From Phormidesmis sp. (GTDB lineage Bacteria > Cyanobacteriota > Cyanobacteriia > Leptolyngbyales > Leptolyngbyaceae): a stretch of DNA of 64,000 nt. The translations under genes and the position numbers were made by a program. The notes under the pieces were generated by a model. That model searched no databases. It worked only from the letters and a program-made list of their open reading frames with translations, and was not told the DNA's origin. The stretch covers positions 2,400,001 through 2,464,000 of the forward strand of contig CBDFJR010000002.1 of the NCBI GenBank assembly GCA_965248535.1, written 5' to 3'. The first letter of the stretch is position 1, and each line of letters opens with the position of its first letter. This document shows, one piece after another, positions 19,752-31,503 of the stretch.

Positions 19752-22700
19752 AAACTATCGAATTGATTGGTCAAGTCGCGGCTGACTTTCTCAAGCGATC
19801 GATTCAAACCGATGAAGCCAGCGAAGGGGTTGCACGATTCCTGCTCAATCGTCTAACTGCCCAACAGATCGCGGCAGTCTGCAAAACGATTCTGCAAGAC
19901 TCCGAGCTTTCTCCGCTCATCAAAATTCAAATTCCGCGCGATTTAGTCGAAAGCTACAATTTACCTGAAGAAATTCTCACTGTTGAATCAACCGTTCACT
20001 TACGACATTCAGCGTGCGATCGCCCTGCGCTCCTGCTAGTCAATATTAGTGACGACCAAGCCCAATCCCTAAAGGATATTACTTCAGTCGGCGCTCAAGA
20101 ATTGAGAGGGCAAATTGACTGTTGGATTGACCTAGCCGCGAGGGATTTAGCAATTCCGTCTGAGCAAATCGAGTATTGGCGTAAAGCTCTCAACGGACTG
20201 CAAAAAGTTGGCACCCCTAGCTTAGAAAATTTTGCGGAATTCATTGTTCAGACGCGATCGCGCATTCTTGACCAAAGCCTTCCCGTCGTCGATGCGCTGG
20301 GCTGGGCACTTCCCGCGCTGCGCCTTCCTCGTGATTCTGGTTACTTTCGAGCGATTCCTGAAACCCAGTGGGGACAAACTCAGCGTTGGGAAAACCTATT
20401 TCAGCAAGCCTTCACAAAACGCGCTTGTCTATTGCTAAAGCAAACGCCTAACCGTAAACCGATCGATGAGCAAGAGCTACAAACTGCCTTCGATAAAGTA
20501 AAAGATGATATCCCTGCGATCGCTCATCCCATTATTCAATCATTCATCGCGAGTTCCGCAGGCTGGAATCCTCATGCTGAAAATCTCGCTCAGTTCGAGT
20601 GGGAATCTGAAAATATCAACACACTTTTCTCTGGCTTACAGGCACAGAAAACAGACATTGCTTCTCTCACGCTAGAGTTTTTCAATGATGAGTATCCCGA
20701 TGTTCTGACTGAAGAGGAGTCGCAGTACATCAATGCACTCAAGAAGAAACGTAGTAAGCGTGAGGCACTAGACGAGGATCGGGAGTTCTATGATGCCCAT
20801 CGTCCAGAGCTTGAAGATAATCCTAAACTTAAAGCCAAGTGGGATAAATTCGTCTACGGGCAACCCCTTGAATGCACAGATTTCATGATTGGGTTACTCC
20901 AAGCCTTTGAGCGCCTCTTTAACCAAGCAGAGACGGTTGATGGTGTTAAATCGCTCAAAATCGAGACGCAGAAGAAAGCTGGCAAAAGTAAATGGCTAGA
21001 ACTGAATGCTGATGTGGGTCGATATTTCTGCACCCGCTATCGAGGAATTGAACAACTAACTGCCGCACACATTGAATGGGACACTCACTGGCTATTTAAG
21101 TACGAAACCCTGCTCGAAGAAACTCAGAAAAAGCAGAAGTCGAAATATCGTGAGAATACCTCCGCTGCAAAAACCGCAACAGAAATTAAGTTCTACATAG
21201 AGATGCGGGATAGCGCTAAGACATTAATTGCAAAAACTCAACTCGTTTGGCGCTGTAACCCGAATGCGATCGGGATGGAGTTGAGCAGTGATTTAGCAAG
21301 GCTTCTGAATAAATCTCCCTTTCAGCTTTCAACAGTGGCGCGAGAGCTAGTTAGCAGAAAGGGGCGTTTGCAGGGAATTTCCCTATCTGATGTCGGAACT
21401 TTGATGGCTACATACAGCAAAGATCGCGGTTCCTTAATCGGTAAATATGAAAATAAGGACGATCTCGCCAAGATTCTACCTAAACAACTTAAACAAGCCG
21501 TTGCAGAAGGTCGCCTCTCGAAGGAAGGGGCAGATGCGATCGCAGATGCTTGGAAAGCTTTTACAGATCGATATCGGGCTGCGATCGCAGGGTTTACATC
21601 CGCAGACGGACGAGGCATCGCCAATCCAGAATTGCTACACCAGTGCGAAGCTTACAAGGCGCTGCTCAACACGATCCTCACTCATGTCAAAGGCGATCTC
21701 AATCGCATCAACTTGTACCAACCTGTGTTGCGTTTAGGCTGTATTCAAGTTGAACGCGGTAAACCTGCGGCGATCGTTGCGCCTTGGCATCCTCTGAGAT
21801 TAGCCTCTCTAGCAATCAAGGTTCGTCAACTCGCAGGCTTGCTCCAATACATTATCTCCACCCCAGAAGTGAATTTTGGAGATTCTCGCCTATTCTTTGC
21901 CGACTTACGAAACGAACTCGATCACCCTTACTATCCCGAAGTCTGCGTCGGCTACCAAGGGCAGCAACCCGAACTTCTATCTGTCTCCGATACGCTCAAT
22001 GACTATAGTTTGATGGAGCGCCCGACACGAGACGAAAGCGATCGCACCACTAATGAGAACCCTGCCGAAGCAGCCGATCGATTACTTGGCATCATTCGTC
22101 GCTATGTCGAACTAATGCCCCACGAGAAGGCTAATCTGAGCGTGGTGCTGTACCAAACCGACTCGATTAAACTGCCTCAAGCGATCGTCCATAAACTGAG
22201 CGAAGAACTTCAAGACGATCGTGAGGAAGTTCGCTGTCAGGTTATTCTGCGTCATCGAAATGGACAGAAACTCACTCAACTCTACGAGCAAATGCTAGAG
22301 AGTTCTGATGCTGACCCAGATGCGTTTATTGCTAGCGAAGTTTCTCAAGACTTTATGGCAAGACTTCGCATTTCAGTCATGTCTCATGATGTCCCGACCA
22401 CTAACCCTAGAGAAGGCAAGTTTGCTGACATCGTGTTTCTACAAGATGCAATTTCCCGGCAAGCGAAAGTTGTCTGGCAACCGTCTCCTTTCGATAGCGC
22501 CGCAGCCGATCTTCTAATTCACTCCCCTGCGCGTTGGTCGCGTAAGCGCCCTTCTGCGACAGATGAACTCAAGTCCACAGTTTACCTTACCTGCCCTAAG
22601 CAACCCGTAGTCGGACAGATCTACCTCGACCTCGTGTACAGCATTATTGAGGGCGAAGACTGCTCTCCTGAGCAACACTTTCTACCTGCTCGTCAGATTT

Positions 22701-25078
22701 CTTTTCAAGACGAAACCACAAAGACAACCTTTGATGAAAGTCATCGTTTAGGAGAATGGGTCGTCAACTACGATGATCTCTTAGAAAGGAGACAACTGGT
22801 TAATCAAGGCGTAAAGGTCATTCGCTACCAGCAGCATCGTACCGACGAACGCAATTTCTTAGTCTCTTCAGATGCGTCATTGAATGTTCTCAAAGTGCTA
22901 GTAAGGAAGCGACTCGGTGATCTCAATCTGGCACTGGAAAGTGATCGCATTGATAAACTTGTAGAGCGCTTGATTAACGATGCCAATGCAGTTTCTGGTG
23001 ACATTGTGTTGCGAGCTGCGAAATGCGGCAGATTTGCGAGTGAACTGATGGGCGTTGTTCTTAGCAAGGCACTCATTACAGCAGAAATGGGAGCGCAAAA
23101 TCCCATCGGCTGGTACTTCCTGGATGACTATGCCTCCTGGCTCGGACAGAAAGAGGGGCAAATTGCTGACATGATGGCAATTTCACCGCAGTACATTGAT
23201 GATGAGCCTGTTCTCAAAGTCATTGTTTCAGAAGCAAAATATGTTGATGTCGCTGGCTTAGCCGATGCCCGCAAGACTTCTCAGAATCAATTAAGGCAGA
23301 CGGTCGATCGTATTGCCGATGCTCTGTTCATTAGTCCTGGTCGCCTCGATCGCGATCTTTGGCTTTCTCGTCTCAGCGATCTTCTCATTGATGGCATTGA
23401 GTTTAGCTCCAACAATAAAGTGAATATTGAGCAGTGGCGTGAACAGATTCGCTCAGGGACTCTTCGCATCGATTTATCTGGCTATTCACACGTTTTCGTC
23501 ACGGGCACGAATGATAGCAATGCTGAAGGAGAACGATCGCCCATTCCCAAAGTGCAGCGATGTTTTCAAGAAGTCTTCGATCGTGAATCTGTTCGCAAGC
23601 TGGTTCTGGCTTACGAGTCGGGACAGTCGTTGTTTCCCACACGAGAGCAAATCGGCGATGACAAGCCGTGGACAGTGACTCAAGCCTTGCCACCTGCAGA
23701 TCGAGTCACCTGGGTATTAGAGATTGAGAAAGTAGAAGCCGTAAATGCTACTCCCTTAGTAGCGGATGTTACTCCATTAGTAGGAAAGGAAGATAACCAG
23801 ACAGAGAACCCTGACCAGCTAGTTCAGCTAACCCTTCCTGATGAGCCACTCCAACCTACACCCGCCGATTCTTCTATCGTTTCAAATGTTCAGGCTCTCC
23901 ATAGTTGGGCAAGTCCGGCACTTGTTGCGTGGTGGCAGCAAGGACAAGCACAAAGCAATCAGAGTGATGCAGCAGCAGAAAAATGGCTAGAAGAAACTGC
24001 CGGAAAATTGCGGACGGCATTACTGGGATACAGCCTACAAGCCAAAATTGAAGGCAAGCGATTGACTCCCAATGCGGCGATCGTGCGATTCAAAGGTTCT
24101 GATCATCTGAAGCTAGAGGACATTGAGAAGAAGCGATCGCAACTCTTAACCACTCATTCCCTAAACGTAATCAGCCTCTATGGTCAGCCAGGTGAAATTG
24201 TGGTTTCGGTTGCCCGTCCTCAGCGCCAAACCATCTCTCTACGTGAGGTGTGGGAGAAACGAAAAGTCAATCGCTCTTCTTCAGGAATTAACCTCAGTTT
24301 TGTCCTTGGAGTCAAAGAAATCGATGGCGAACTGCTCTACCTCAACCTAGATAGTAGCTTCGAGAATCTGGAGCAACACGCTCCTCACACCTTAATTGCT
24401 GGAGCAACGGGAAGCGGAAAATCAGTTCTGCTACAAAATCTCCTGCTCGATATTTGTGCAACCAACTCGCCTAAACTCGCCCAGATCTACCTCATTGATC
24501 CCAAGATGGGTGTCGATTATGCCAATATTAGCGACCTTCCTCATCTCAAAGAAGGCATCATTATCGAGCAAGAACGCGCGATCGAGATTCTGGAATTTCT
24601 AGTCGAAGAAATGGACAATCGGTACCGTAAATTCCTTCCTCAGAAAGCAAAATCTTTGCAGGATTACAATTCCAAAATGCCTGAGCAGGATCGACTCCCG
24701 GTACTTTGGCTTGTTCACGATGAGTTTGCCGAGTGGATGCTGATCGATGAGTACAAAACGGCTGTATCTGCTGCTGTACAGAGATTAGGTGTGAAAGCGA
24801 GAGCCGCAGGAATTCATCTCATTTTTGCCGCACAGCGTCCTGATGCCAATGTGCTTCCAGTGCAGCTTAGAGATAATTTAGGCAATCGACTAATCCTAAG
24901 AGTCGAAAGTGTCGGCACTTCAGAAATCTCACTCGGACAAAAGGGTGCAGAGAACCTCTTGGGTAAAGGACATTTAGCGGCTCGTTTAACAAACCAATCC
25001 GATCTGATTTACGCTCAAGTTCCCTTCCTTGGGGATGAAGACATGGCTACAGTCGCAGAAATTATCAAACAGCAGTGA
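19748..25078 (+). CDS. Large FtsK/SpoIIIE-domain protein (SspH/DndH-like)
   Basis: 1776 aa; PHTLIAGATGSGKS, LIDPK, LVHDEFA, ARAAGIHLIFAAQRP; central IAD...SEAKY possible PD-(D/E)xK motif. Confidence 0.8.
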   Translation: MKTIELIGQVAADFLKRSIQTDEASEGVARFLLNRLTAQQIAAVCKTILQDSELSPLIKIQIPRDLVESYNLPEEILTVESTVHLRHSACDRPALLLVNISDDQAQSLKDITSVGAQELRGQIDCWIDLAARDLAIPSEQIEYWRKALNGLQKVGTPSLENFAEFIVQTRSRILDQSLPVVDALGWALPALRLPRDSGYFRAIPETQWGQTQRWENLFQQAFTKRACLLLKQTPNRKPIDEQELQTAFDKVKDDIPAIAHPIIQSFIASSAGWNPHAENLAQFEWESENINTLFSGLQAQKTDIASLTLEFFNDEYPDVLTEEESQYINALKKKRSKREALDEDREFYDAHRPELEDNPKLKAKWDKFVYGQPLECTDFMIGLLQAFERLFNQAETVDGVKSLKIETQKKAGKSKWLELNADVGRYFCTRYRGIEQLTAAHIEWDTHWLFKYETLLEETQKKQKSKYRENTSAAKTATEIKFYIEMRDSAKTLIAKTQLVWRCNPNAIGMELSSDLARLLNKSPFQLSTVARELVSRKGRLQGISLSDVGTLMATYSKDRGSLIGKYENKDDLAKILPKQLKQAVAEGRLSKEGADAIADAWKAFTDRYRAAIAGFTSADGRGIANPELLHQCEAYKALLNTILTHVKGDLNRINLYQPVLRLGCIQVERGKPAAIVAPWHPLRLASLAIKVRQLAGLLQYIISTPEVNFGDSRLFFADLRNELDHPYYPEVCVGYQGQQPELLSVSDTLNDYSLMERPTRDESDRTTNENPAEAADRLLGIIRRYVELMPHEKANLSVVLYQTDSIKLPQAIVHKLSEELQDDREEVRCQVILRHRNGQKLTQLYEQMLESSDADPDAFIASEVSQDFMARLRISVMSHDVPTTNPREGKFADIVFLQDAISRQAKVVWQPSPFDSAAADLLIHSPARWSRKRPSATDELKSTVYLTCPKQPVVGQIYLDLVYSIIEGEDCSPEQHFLPARQISFQDETTKTTFDESHRLGEWVVNYDDLLERRQLVNQGVKVIRYQQHRTDERNFLVSSDASLNVLKVLVRKRLGDLNLALESDRIDKLVERLINDANAVSGDIVLRAAKCGRFASELMGVVLSKALITAEMGAQNPIGWYFLDDYASWLGQKEGQIADMMAISPQYIDDEPVLKVIVSEAKYVDVAGLADARKTSQNQLRQTVDRIADALFISPGRLDRDLWLSRLSDLLIDGIEFSSNNKVNIEQWREQIRSGTLRIDLSGYSHVFVTGTNDSNAEGERSPIPKVQRCFQEVFDRESVRKLVLAYESGQSLFPTREQIGDDKPWTVTQALPPADRVTWVLEIEKVEAVNATPLVADVTPLVGKEDNQTENPDQLVQLTLPDEPLQPTPADSSIVSNVQALHSWASPALVAWWQQGQAQSNQSDAAAEKWLEETAGKLRTALLGYSLQAKIEGKRLTPNAAIVRFKGSDHLKLEDIEKKRSQLLTTHSLNVISLYGQPGEIVVSVARPQRQTISLREVWEKRKVNRSSSGINLSFVLGVKEIDGELLYLNLDSSFENLEQHAPHTLIAGATGSGKSVLLQNLLLDICATNSPKLAQIYLIDPKMGVDYANISDLPHLKEGIIIEQERAIEILEFLVEEMDNRYRKFLPQKAKSLQDYNSKMPEQDRLPVLWLVHDEFAEWMLIDEYKTAVSAAVQRLGVKARAAGIHLIFAAQRPDANVLPVQLRDNLGNRLILRVESVGTSEISLGQKGAENLLGKGHLAARLTNQSDLIYAQVPFLGDEDMATVAEIIKQQ

Positions 25079-25085
25079 GTCAACC

Positions 25086-26279
25086 ATGCCCCACAGCAAG
25101 TTAGAGAATAATTCACCTCAAAAGCCCATCTATCTGGACTATCACGCGACTACGCCGACCGATCCGCGAGTTGCAAGTTTGATGCTGCACTACATGACTG
25201 AGGAATTTGGCAATGCTAGCAGCACCGATCATGAATATGGCGATCGCGCTGAAGCTGCCATTAAACAAGCCGCCAAAAACGTTGCCGATTTAGTCGGAGC
25301 TTCACCACGAGAAATCATCTGGACATCAGGCGCAACTGAAAGCATAAATCTTGCCATCCAAGGCAGTCTTTCTCCCAATCCGCAAAAGCCGCATCGAATC
25401 GCTCTGCCTCCGATCGAACATAAAGCCGTTCTCGACACCTGCCATGCTCTTGAAAAGCGCGGTTGGGCAGAGCTAATTTATTTGCGAGTCGATTCTAAAG
25501 GTAAGCTCGACCTCGACCATTTAGAGCAAGTTTGTGCTGAGGGAGTGTCTTTACTCTGCGTCATGGCTGCAAATAACGAGATTGGTAACATCTACCCAAT
25601 TCAGGCGATCGGGCGAATTGCTCAACGTCACAATATTCCGTTTCTTTGCGATGCCTCCCAAGCCGTTGGTAAGATTCCAATTCAGTTTGAGGAGTGGGGC
25701 ATTACTTATCTCGCAATCTCTGGGCATAAGCTTTACGCTCCTAAAGGAGTTGGGGCGATCGTTGTGCGTAAAGGACATCATTTAGAGCCAATGATGTTTG
25801 GGGGCGGGCATCAGAAGGGAATGCGATCGGGGACGCTCAACGTTCCAGGAATTGTGGGATTGGGAGAGGCTTGTCGGCTGCGATCGCTAGAAATGGAAGC
25901 CGATGAACGTGCGATCGCGACCCAGCGTGACAGGCTCCAAGCTTTACTTCTAGAGAAGTTCTCCAATCTAGTCATCAATGGGGATGTAGAACACCGTTTA
26001 GCGGGCAATCTTCATCTTTCAATTCCTGGAATTCCTAACAGTGCCGTCATCGCTAGAATTCGTCACCAGTTGGCAATTTCAACGGGTTCGGCTTGTTCAT
26101 CAGGCATCGAGTCGCCTTCTCATGTGCTTCAAGCCTTACGCTTGCCAGAGGATATCGTCGAAGGCGCGTTCCGAATTGGACTCGGAAAATTTACGACGGA
26201 TGATCAGGTTAACAAAGCATTTGAAGTTCTCTCTGATGCAATTACTCAGGTTCAGCAGGTTCTCTGTGCGATTTCTTAA
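25086..26279 (+). CDS. Cysteine desulfurase (IscS/DndA/SspA-like)
   Basis: IYLDYHATTP, SGATES, NNEIG, SGHKLYAPKG (PLP Lys), STGSACSS (catalytic Cys). Confidence 0.92.
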   Translation: MPHSKLENNSPQKPIYLDYHATTPTDPRVASLMLHYMTEEFGNASSTDHEYGDRAEAAIKQAAKNVADLVGASPREIIWTSGATESINLAIQGSLSPNPQKPHRIALPPIEHKAVLDTCHALEKRGWAELIYLRVDSKGKLDLDHLEQVCAEGVSLLCVMAANNEIGNIYPIQAIGRIAQRHNIPFLCDASQAVGKIPIQFEEWGITYLAISGHKLYAPKGVGAIVVRKGHHLEPMMFGGGHQKGMRSGTLNVPGIVGLGEACRLRSLEMEADERAIATQRDRLQALLLEKFSNLVINGDVEHRLAGNLHLSIPGIPNSAVIARIRHQLAISTGSACSSGIESPSHVLQALRLPEDIVEGAFRIGLGKFTTDDQVNKAFEVLSDAITQVQQVLCAIS

Positions 26280-26362
26280 AGTCGGGGCGTTTACCCTTCG
26301 GGAACTTGCAAAGCAAACCGCACCCGTCAGACATCCTGTAATCAGGGAATAAGTTACTCTTG

Positions 26363-26809
26363 TCAAGGCGAAGATAAGATCTCGTCCAAAAGCATGAGAG
26401 GTAAATTAGGAACGTTGCGGAAGGCACGATCGTTGCTCAGGAAAACTGTACAGTTCGCACTTAAAGCAGTAGCTGCATGAATGGCATCAGGCGTTTTCAG
26501 ATTGGTGGTCGCTCGCAGATTAGCGGCATCCCGTAAAATAGAACGCTGAATCGGAATCAGTTGAATGTCTGAGTTTTCCAGTAGCTGTTCGTAGTCGTTC
26601 GCAAGGACTGTATTTGTCTGTCTCAGAGGGAAGACGAGCGTTTCCATGAGAGTTAATTCACTGGTTACGATCTCAAGTTCGCTTGCCTGAAATTTTGCCC
26701 AGAGAGGTTGAAGCAGGTCAAAATAGGTTGGATTCGCTTCGACGGTGTAAATAATGATCTGAGTGTCGATATAAATACTGGCAGCAGTAGGTAGTGCTAG
26801 CGGTCCCAT
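26363..26809 (-). CDS. VapC-like PIN-domain toxin
   Basis: IYIDTQIIIY, TLMETL, LKTPDAIHAATA, FLSND acidic PIN motifs. Confidence 0.88.
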   Translation of the reverse strand: MGPLALPTAASIYIDTQIIIYTVEANPTYFDLLQPLWAKFQASELEIVTSELTLMETLVFPLRQTNTVLANDYEQLLENSDIQLIPIQRSILRDAANLRATTNLKTPDAIHAATALSANCTVFLSNDRAFRNVPNLPLMLLDEILSSP

Positions 26810-27036
26810 GAATTTCTTTCAGCAGCAAGGTCACGATCGAGGTCTTCTGTGGAGCGGTAAGGATGGCGACTGCGGATGTCTTCAAGGAGTTTCAGAACAT
26901 TGCGCCGTCCAGTGGGAATGGTTTGAGGTAGCACGACGATGACTTCAACGTCTTCGCCAACAGAACCTTCAGGAACTTCAATTTCAATTTTGTTTCCTGG
27001 CAAAACTTTAGTCATAATCCGAACGGTTTCTTGCAT
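26797..27036 (-). CDS. Putative antitoxin
   Basis: 79 aa overlapping PIN gene start; VLPGNKIEI..P....G..VEVIV, ERNSWD. Confidence 0.75.
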   Translation of the reverse strand: MQETVRIMTKVLPGNKIEIEVPEGSVGEDVEVIVVLPQTIPTGRRNVLKLLEDIRSRHPYRSTEDLDRDLAAERNSWDR

Positions 27037-27072
27037 CGTGATTTTCCTTTAAGGGTTCTTCATTTTACGGTT

Positions 27073-30000
27073 TTAATCCTCGATCGCGCCTAATGCTTTG
27101 AGAGTTGCTATTTCTGATTCTGTTAAGCCTTTTACTTCAGTAATATTCATACCTTCGTAAGGACGGTTAGCGAATGTTTTCAAGCATTTTCCAGTCTTCA
27201 CATCCCAGAAGCGGACATCTGAACCACCGCTTATGATTTGCTGACCATCAGGACTGAAAGATACTGAAAAAGCGTGATGAGTGCTACCACAAATATCTTG
27301 AAGAAATTCCCCCGTCCTAGCGTTCCATAATTTGATAATTCCGTCACTACTACCACTAGCTAATAATTGCCCGTCAGGGCTAAAGCAAACAGATTCTATC
27401 CACCCAGAATGACCATAGAGTGCCTTGACCAACTCACCTGTAACAGGATTCCATAGCCTGACGCTTAGGTCATCACCTCCACTAGCTATTATTTCTCCAT
27501 CAGGGCTAAAAGAAACAGATTGAACCCAATCTGTATGCCCCTCCAGAGTCTGTAGACATTGCCCAGCAAGATTCCAGATTTTGATTGTCCGATCGGCGCT
27601 ACTACTCAATATCAACTGACCATTAGGACTAAAACACACTGATAAAACCTTGTCAGTGTGCCCTTCTAGGATACTTAAACATTGCTGGCTTTGGAAGTCC
27701 CATACTCTGAGTGTGTCATCACTACTAGAACTCACGATGAGTGCATCGTCAGGACTAAATGCAAGGCTGTGAATTCGACTAGAATGTCCTCCTAAAGTAC
27801 CAAGATAATGACCACTATGCACATCCCATAATTTAATTACTCTGTCTCCTCCTGCACTAGCAATCACATTAGAATTGTTATTGAATTCGGCACAGCCAAT
27901 CCAACTTGTATGCCCTTTCAACGTATACAAGACTTTTTGAGTAGCGCGTTCCAGAATTTGTACTTCTCCATCATTAGAGCCAATGGCAAGAAAGTGCCCA
28001 TCAGGACTACTCGTGACTCTTATCAAAGACATGAATCCTCGAATGGTCTGAGAGCTAATGCCATGTTCAACATCCCAGACTTTGATAGACTGATCTCGAC
28101 CTCCACTAACGAGTGTGGAGCCATCTGAATTAAACACGACTGAGTAAACATAATCTGTATGCTCATTCAAAGTTTTCAGGCATTGTCCATCTAGAGACCA
28201 GAGTTTGATGGTCTTGTCTTGACTGCAACTAGCTAATGTTGTGCCATCTTGACTGAATGTTACTTTATTGACACGCCCCAAATGCCCGCTAATTGTCATC
28301 AAATGAGAGCCAGTTTCGGAGTTCCATAGCTTGACTGTTTTATCACGCCCACAACTTGCAAGAATCTGTTCTTTGGGACTAAACTCTACACCCAAAACCT
28401 TATCAGTATGCCCTTCAAGAGAAAATAGCAATCTACCAGTCTCAACGTCCCAGAGTTTGATAGTTTGATCGTCACTACAACTAGCTAACTTTTTACCATC
28501 TTGGCTAAAAGAGACTTCACGAACTCTACTACGCCCACTCAACACAAAAACACAGGTTTTGTGTTGGATATCCCATAATCGAACAGTGCCGTCACTTCCG
28601 CCGCTTGCAAGAAATCTACCATTAGGATGAAATTTAACACTATGGACTCTGCCACTGTGTTCTTCAAAAGAGCAGGCACACTCACCCGTTTGAACATCCC
28701 AAAGTTTAACTGTTGCGTCATGGCTGGCAGTTGCTAGAAATTGATTTGAAGGAGAAAAAGCAACTGAAGCAACAAGATTAAAATGAGAGAAATTGATGAT
28801 TTCTTTTGATGTTCGGAGATGAAAAATACGAACCATGCCGCTGTATCCACCTGCCGCTAAGAGGTTATCATCTGAACTCAACGCAACAGAAGTTGTCCTT
28901 CCTACTAAATTAGCTAGCTTTGACTCTGCTAAATTAGCTCCTGAAAAATTTGTCTGATGTAAGATGGCAAGTGAAAGGTCAGCGCCTTGAATATTAATTT
29001 GCTGCAAATCTCGGCATTTCAGCGCATTCTTATCCAACTGCATTATCACAGTAACTGCATTTCCTCCAGTGAATCTAGTTTTTTCGGGACTTTCGTTTCT
29101 TGTGCAGTAAATGAGTTCTATCAAACTGTCAGTAGTTGCGGAAGAAAGCATTGGTACTAACAAATCTACAATTGCTTTGGATAAAGGTACTTTCCCAAAA
29201 CTTAAACCCAAAATCTCCAAATTTTCTTGCCCCAGCTTTTTCAGTTGTCCAATGCAATTGCTTTGTTGTGCAAAGCATTCTGACCAAGTAGATTGTTGTG
29301 ATAGAGTGCTGTAATCCAAGTTGAAATCTGTTTGTATCAATTCAAGAAAATCAGGCGCTAGTAAACCAAGCTCCGCTGCAAATTTATAGGCAACAAAAAA
29401 CTCTAACAGCGATCGATGTGCCGGACTATAATCACCGTCAGCATTCCGAATCAGCATCGTTTGCCCCATCATGTCGTAGTGCCAATGGTCAAGGTCTTTC
29501 TCTTCTTGCACCGCAGATCCAAACAAGCGACGAATGCGATCGGGGAACTCGCGATAGTTCAAACTCATGCGATCGCTCGACAACATCTCCCACGACAACT
29601 CGCACAGAAAATACAGCTTATCGGCTAACGAGGTAAACGTGCGCTCTGCCTTGATATCCCGCTCCATCTTGCGTCGAACCGCATAGAGATACACCCGCGA
29701 CATATCTATAGGCTTTCCCGCCTCAATCTCTGGCAACGCTTCCAAAATCAACTCTGTCATCACCGGACGACGAGCGAGATCGAGTAATTGTGGATTGCTA
29801 ATCACTTGGTCCACTGTTGGCATCGATGCTTGAAATGACATCACCTGCCGAATTTGCTCATCGTTAAACTTTTCTAGCTCCAAGACTTCAAACTGTGGAG
29901 TTTCTCCGGTTAAGTTCGAGGTGGAGGCTTGCAGTTGAGCATTTAATAACGCTCGTCCTTCTCGCGCATCGGGAAAATGCTCCGTCCGACAGGTCAAGAT

Positions 30001-31503
30001 CACCTTGGCTCCGGGAACGACGACTTTCGCCAATTCCCAGAAGTTGTTAATCATCTGCTGCTTATCGACTTTCGCCGCCATTTCATCAAAGCCATCGAAA
30101 ATCAGCAACAGCTTGCCCATGCGGTTCAGTTGGTCAAAGACCTCGCTGTTAAGCCGAATATTATGCTGCGTAAAAAAGAAGCCTGCCAAAACATTCTCGA
30201 CGTTCAGAGCTTTGGCATAATCGCGTAAGGTAATGACAAGCGGCAATCGTGGGCGCTGTACTCCGCGCTCTTTCGCTTCCTGGTAGCGTTGTAGAGCCGT
30301 CCAAGCGTAGTGGAACGCGACCCAAGTTTTTCCTGTGCCGAATTCGCCCAGGACTGAAATATGTTCTTTCGCGGGATCATCAAGCCAGCGATCGAGATAG
30401 CCATCAATTCAACCGTCGCGCTCATCGTATCGACTTACGCCTAACCGTTGTTGGGTATCCGGATCAATTTCTTCCTTCGTGCAGCCCAACGGAACATAGC
30501 GCGTGTCAATCTTGCGATGTTTAATTTCAGTCTCTAACCATTTGATATAGCCTGTGAAATCTGCGTCTAAATCAACTAACTCATCAAAGGTGTAGCAGTC
30601 GAGATGTCGATTTTCGGGCTTTTCCACTTCATCACGGGCAGCACGACTAATCCGACGGGAAGTGACAAGCCAACCTTCATCGGTTTGCTGCGCCTCGACT
30701 GATTGCCGCAATGCCATCACATCCCGTAATTCTGCTTCGCCTTCAATGCCTCGGACTAAGATGCGATCGTATCTCCCCCGTCTGACCGGAATATTGAGAA
30801 TCCACTCAAACCCGTCCGCTTGCCACTGCTCATACGGCTCAAAGCGGTAGCCCAACGTTTCAAACCAACCGCGCATCTGTTGAGCGAGAGCAAACGCACG
30901 GCACTGCTCAGAAACTGAAGCCTCTGGCAAAGCGGGCAGCGATTGAGCCGCGAGTCTTGCCATCTCAGTGCGAATGCCTTCGATCGTGGGTAACCGTTCC
31001 AACCGATCTTGCACCTGGGCAACTTGGCGATGAAGCGAGTTCAGTTGTTGAGTCGTCAAGATATCCCCCGGAGTGCGCGTGCGTTTCGCGATCGCGATAA
31101 ACACCGCTGCAAACTGATAAAACTCTTGTCGCGCCTCGATTCCCAGCGCTCGAAGTTCATCGCCTAATGTGGCATTTTCAAGAAAGCTTTCTCCCGCTTT
31201 TGAGAGTACCGAGAAATTATCCTGCCCCCAGGCATCCTGAAACGCTTGACGAATTTCGGGCTGACGAAAGAGTTCCAACACGGCTTTGGGCTTTCCCACG
31301 CCATACTCCACCAAGGTGTAGGCATAAACACCACCAAAATCCGCAGGGGGGCTATCAGGACTGAGGTTGAACTGTTTTAACAGCCGAATGATCGCTTCAT
31401 TGCGCTCTAATTTGTCTCTCAGCAACGCAGTGGGATTGGCGATGCCAGTAATTGCTTGAATCAGGACGGTGAAATCGATCGGAATCACGGGGGCAGCCTC
31501 CAA
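27073..31503 (-). pseudogene. REase-like/NACHT/pentapeptide/WD40 NLR-like protein split by in-frame TGA at 30409-30411
   Basis: ORFs 30409-31503 and 27073-30246 are in one frame; gap encodes IDGYLDRWLDDPAKEHISVLGEFGTGKT (Walker A); LLIFDGFDE; ~14 WD40 repeats. Confidence 0.85.

Noticed and set aside
3217..30411. TGA-as-Trp recoding suggested by two TGA codons at Trp-like positions
   Set aside because: Many intact genes here end in TGA and use TGG; G>A nonsense changes are simpler
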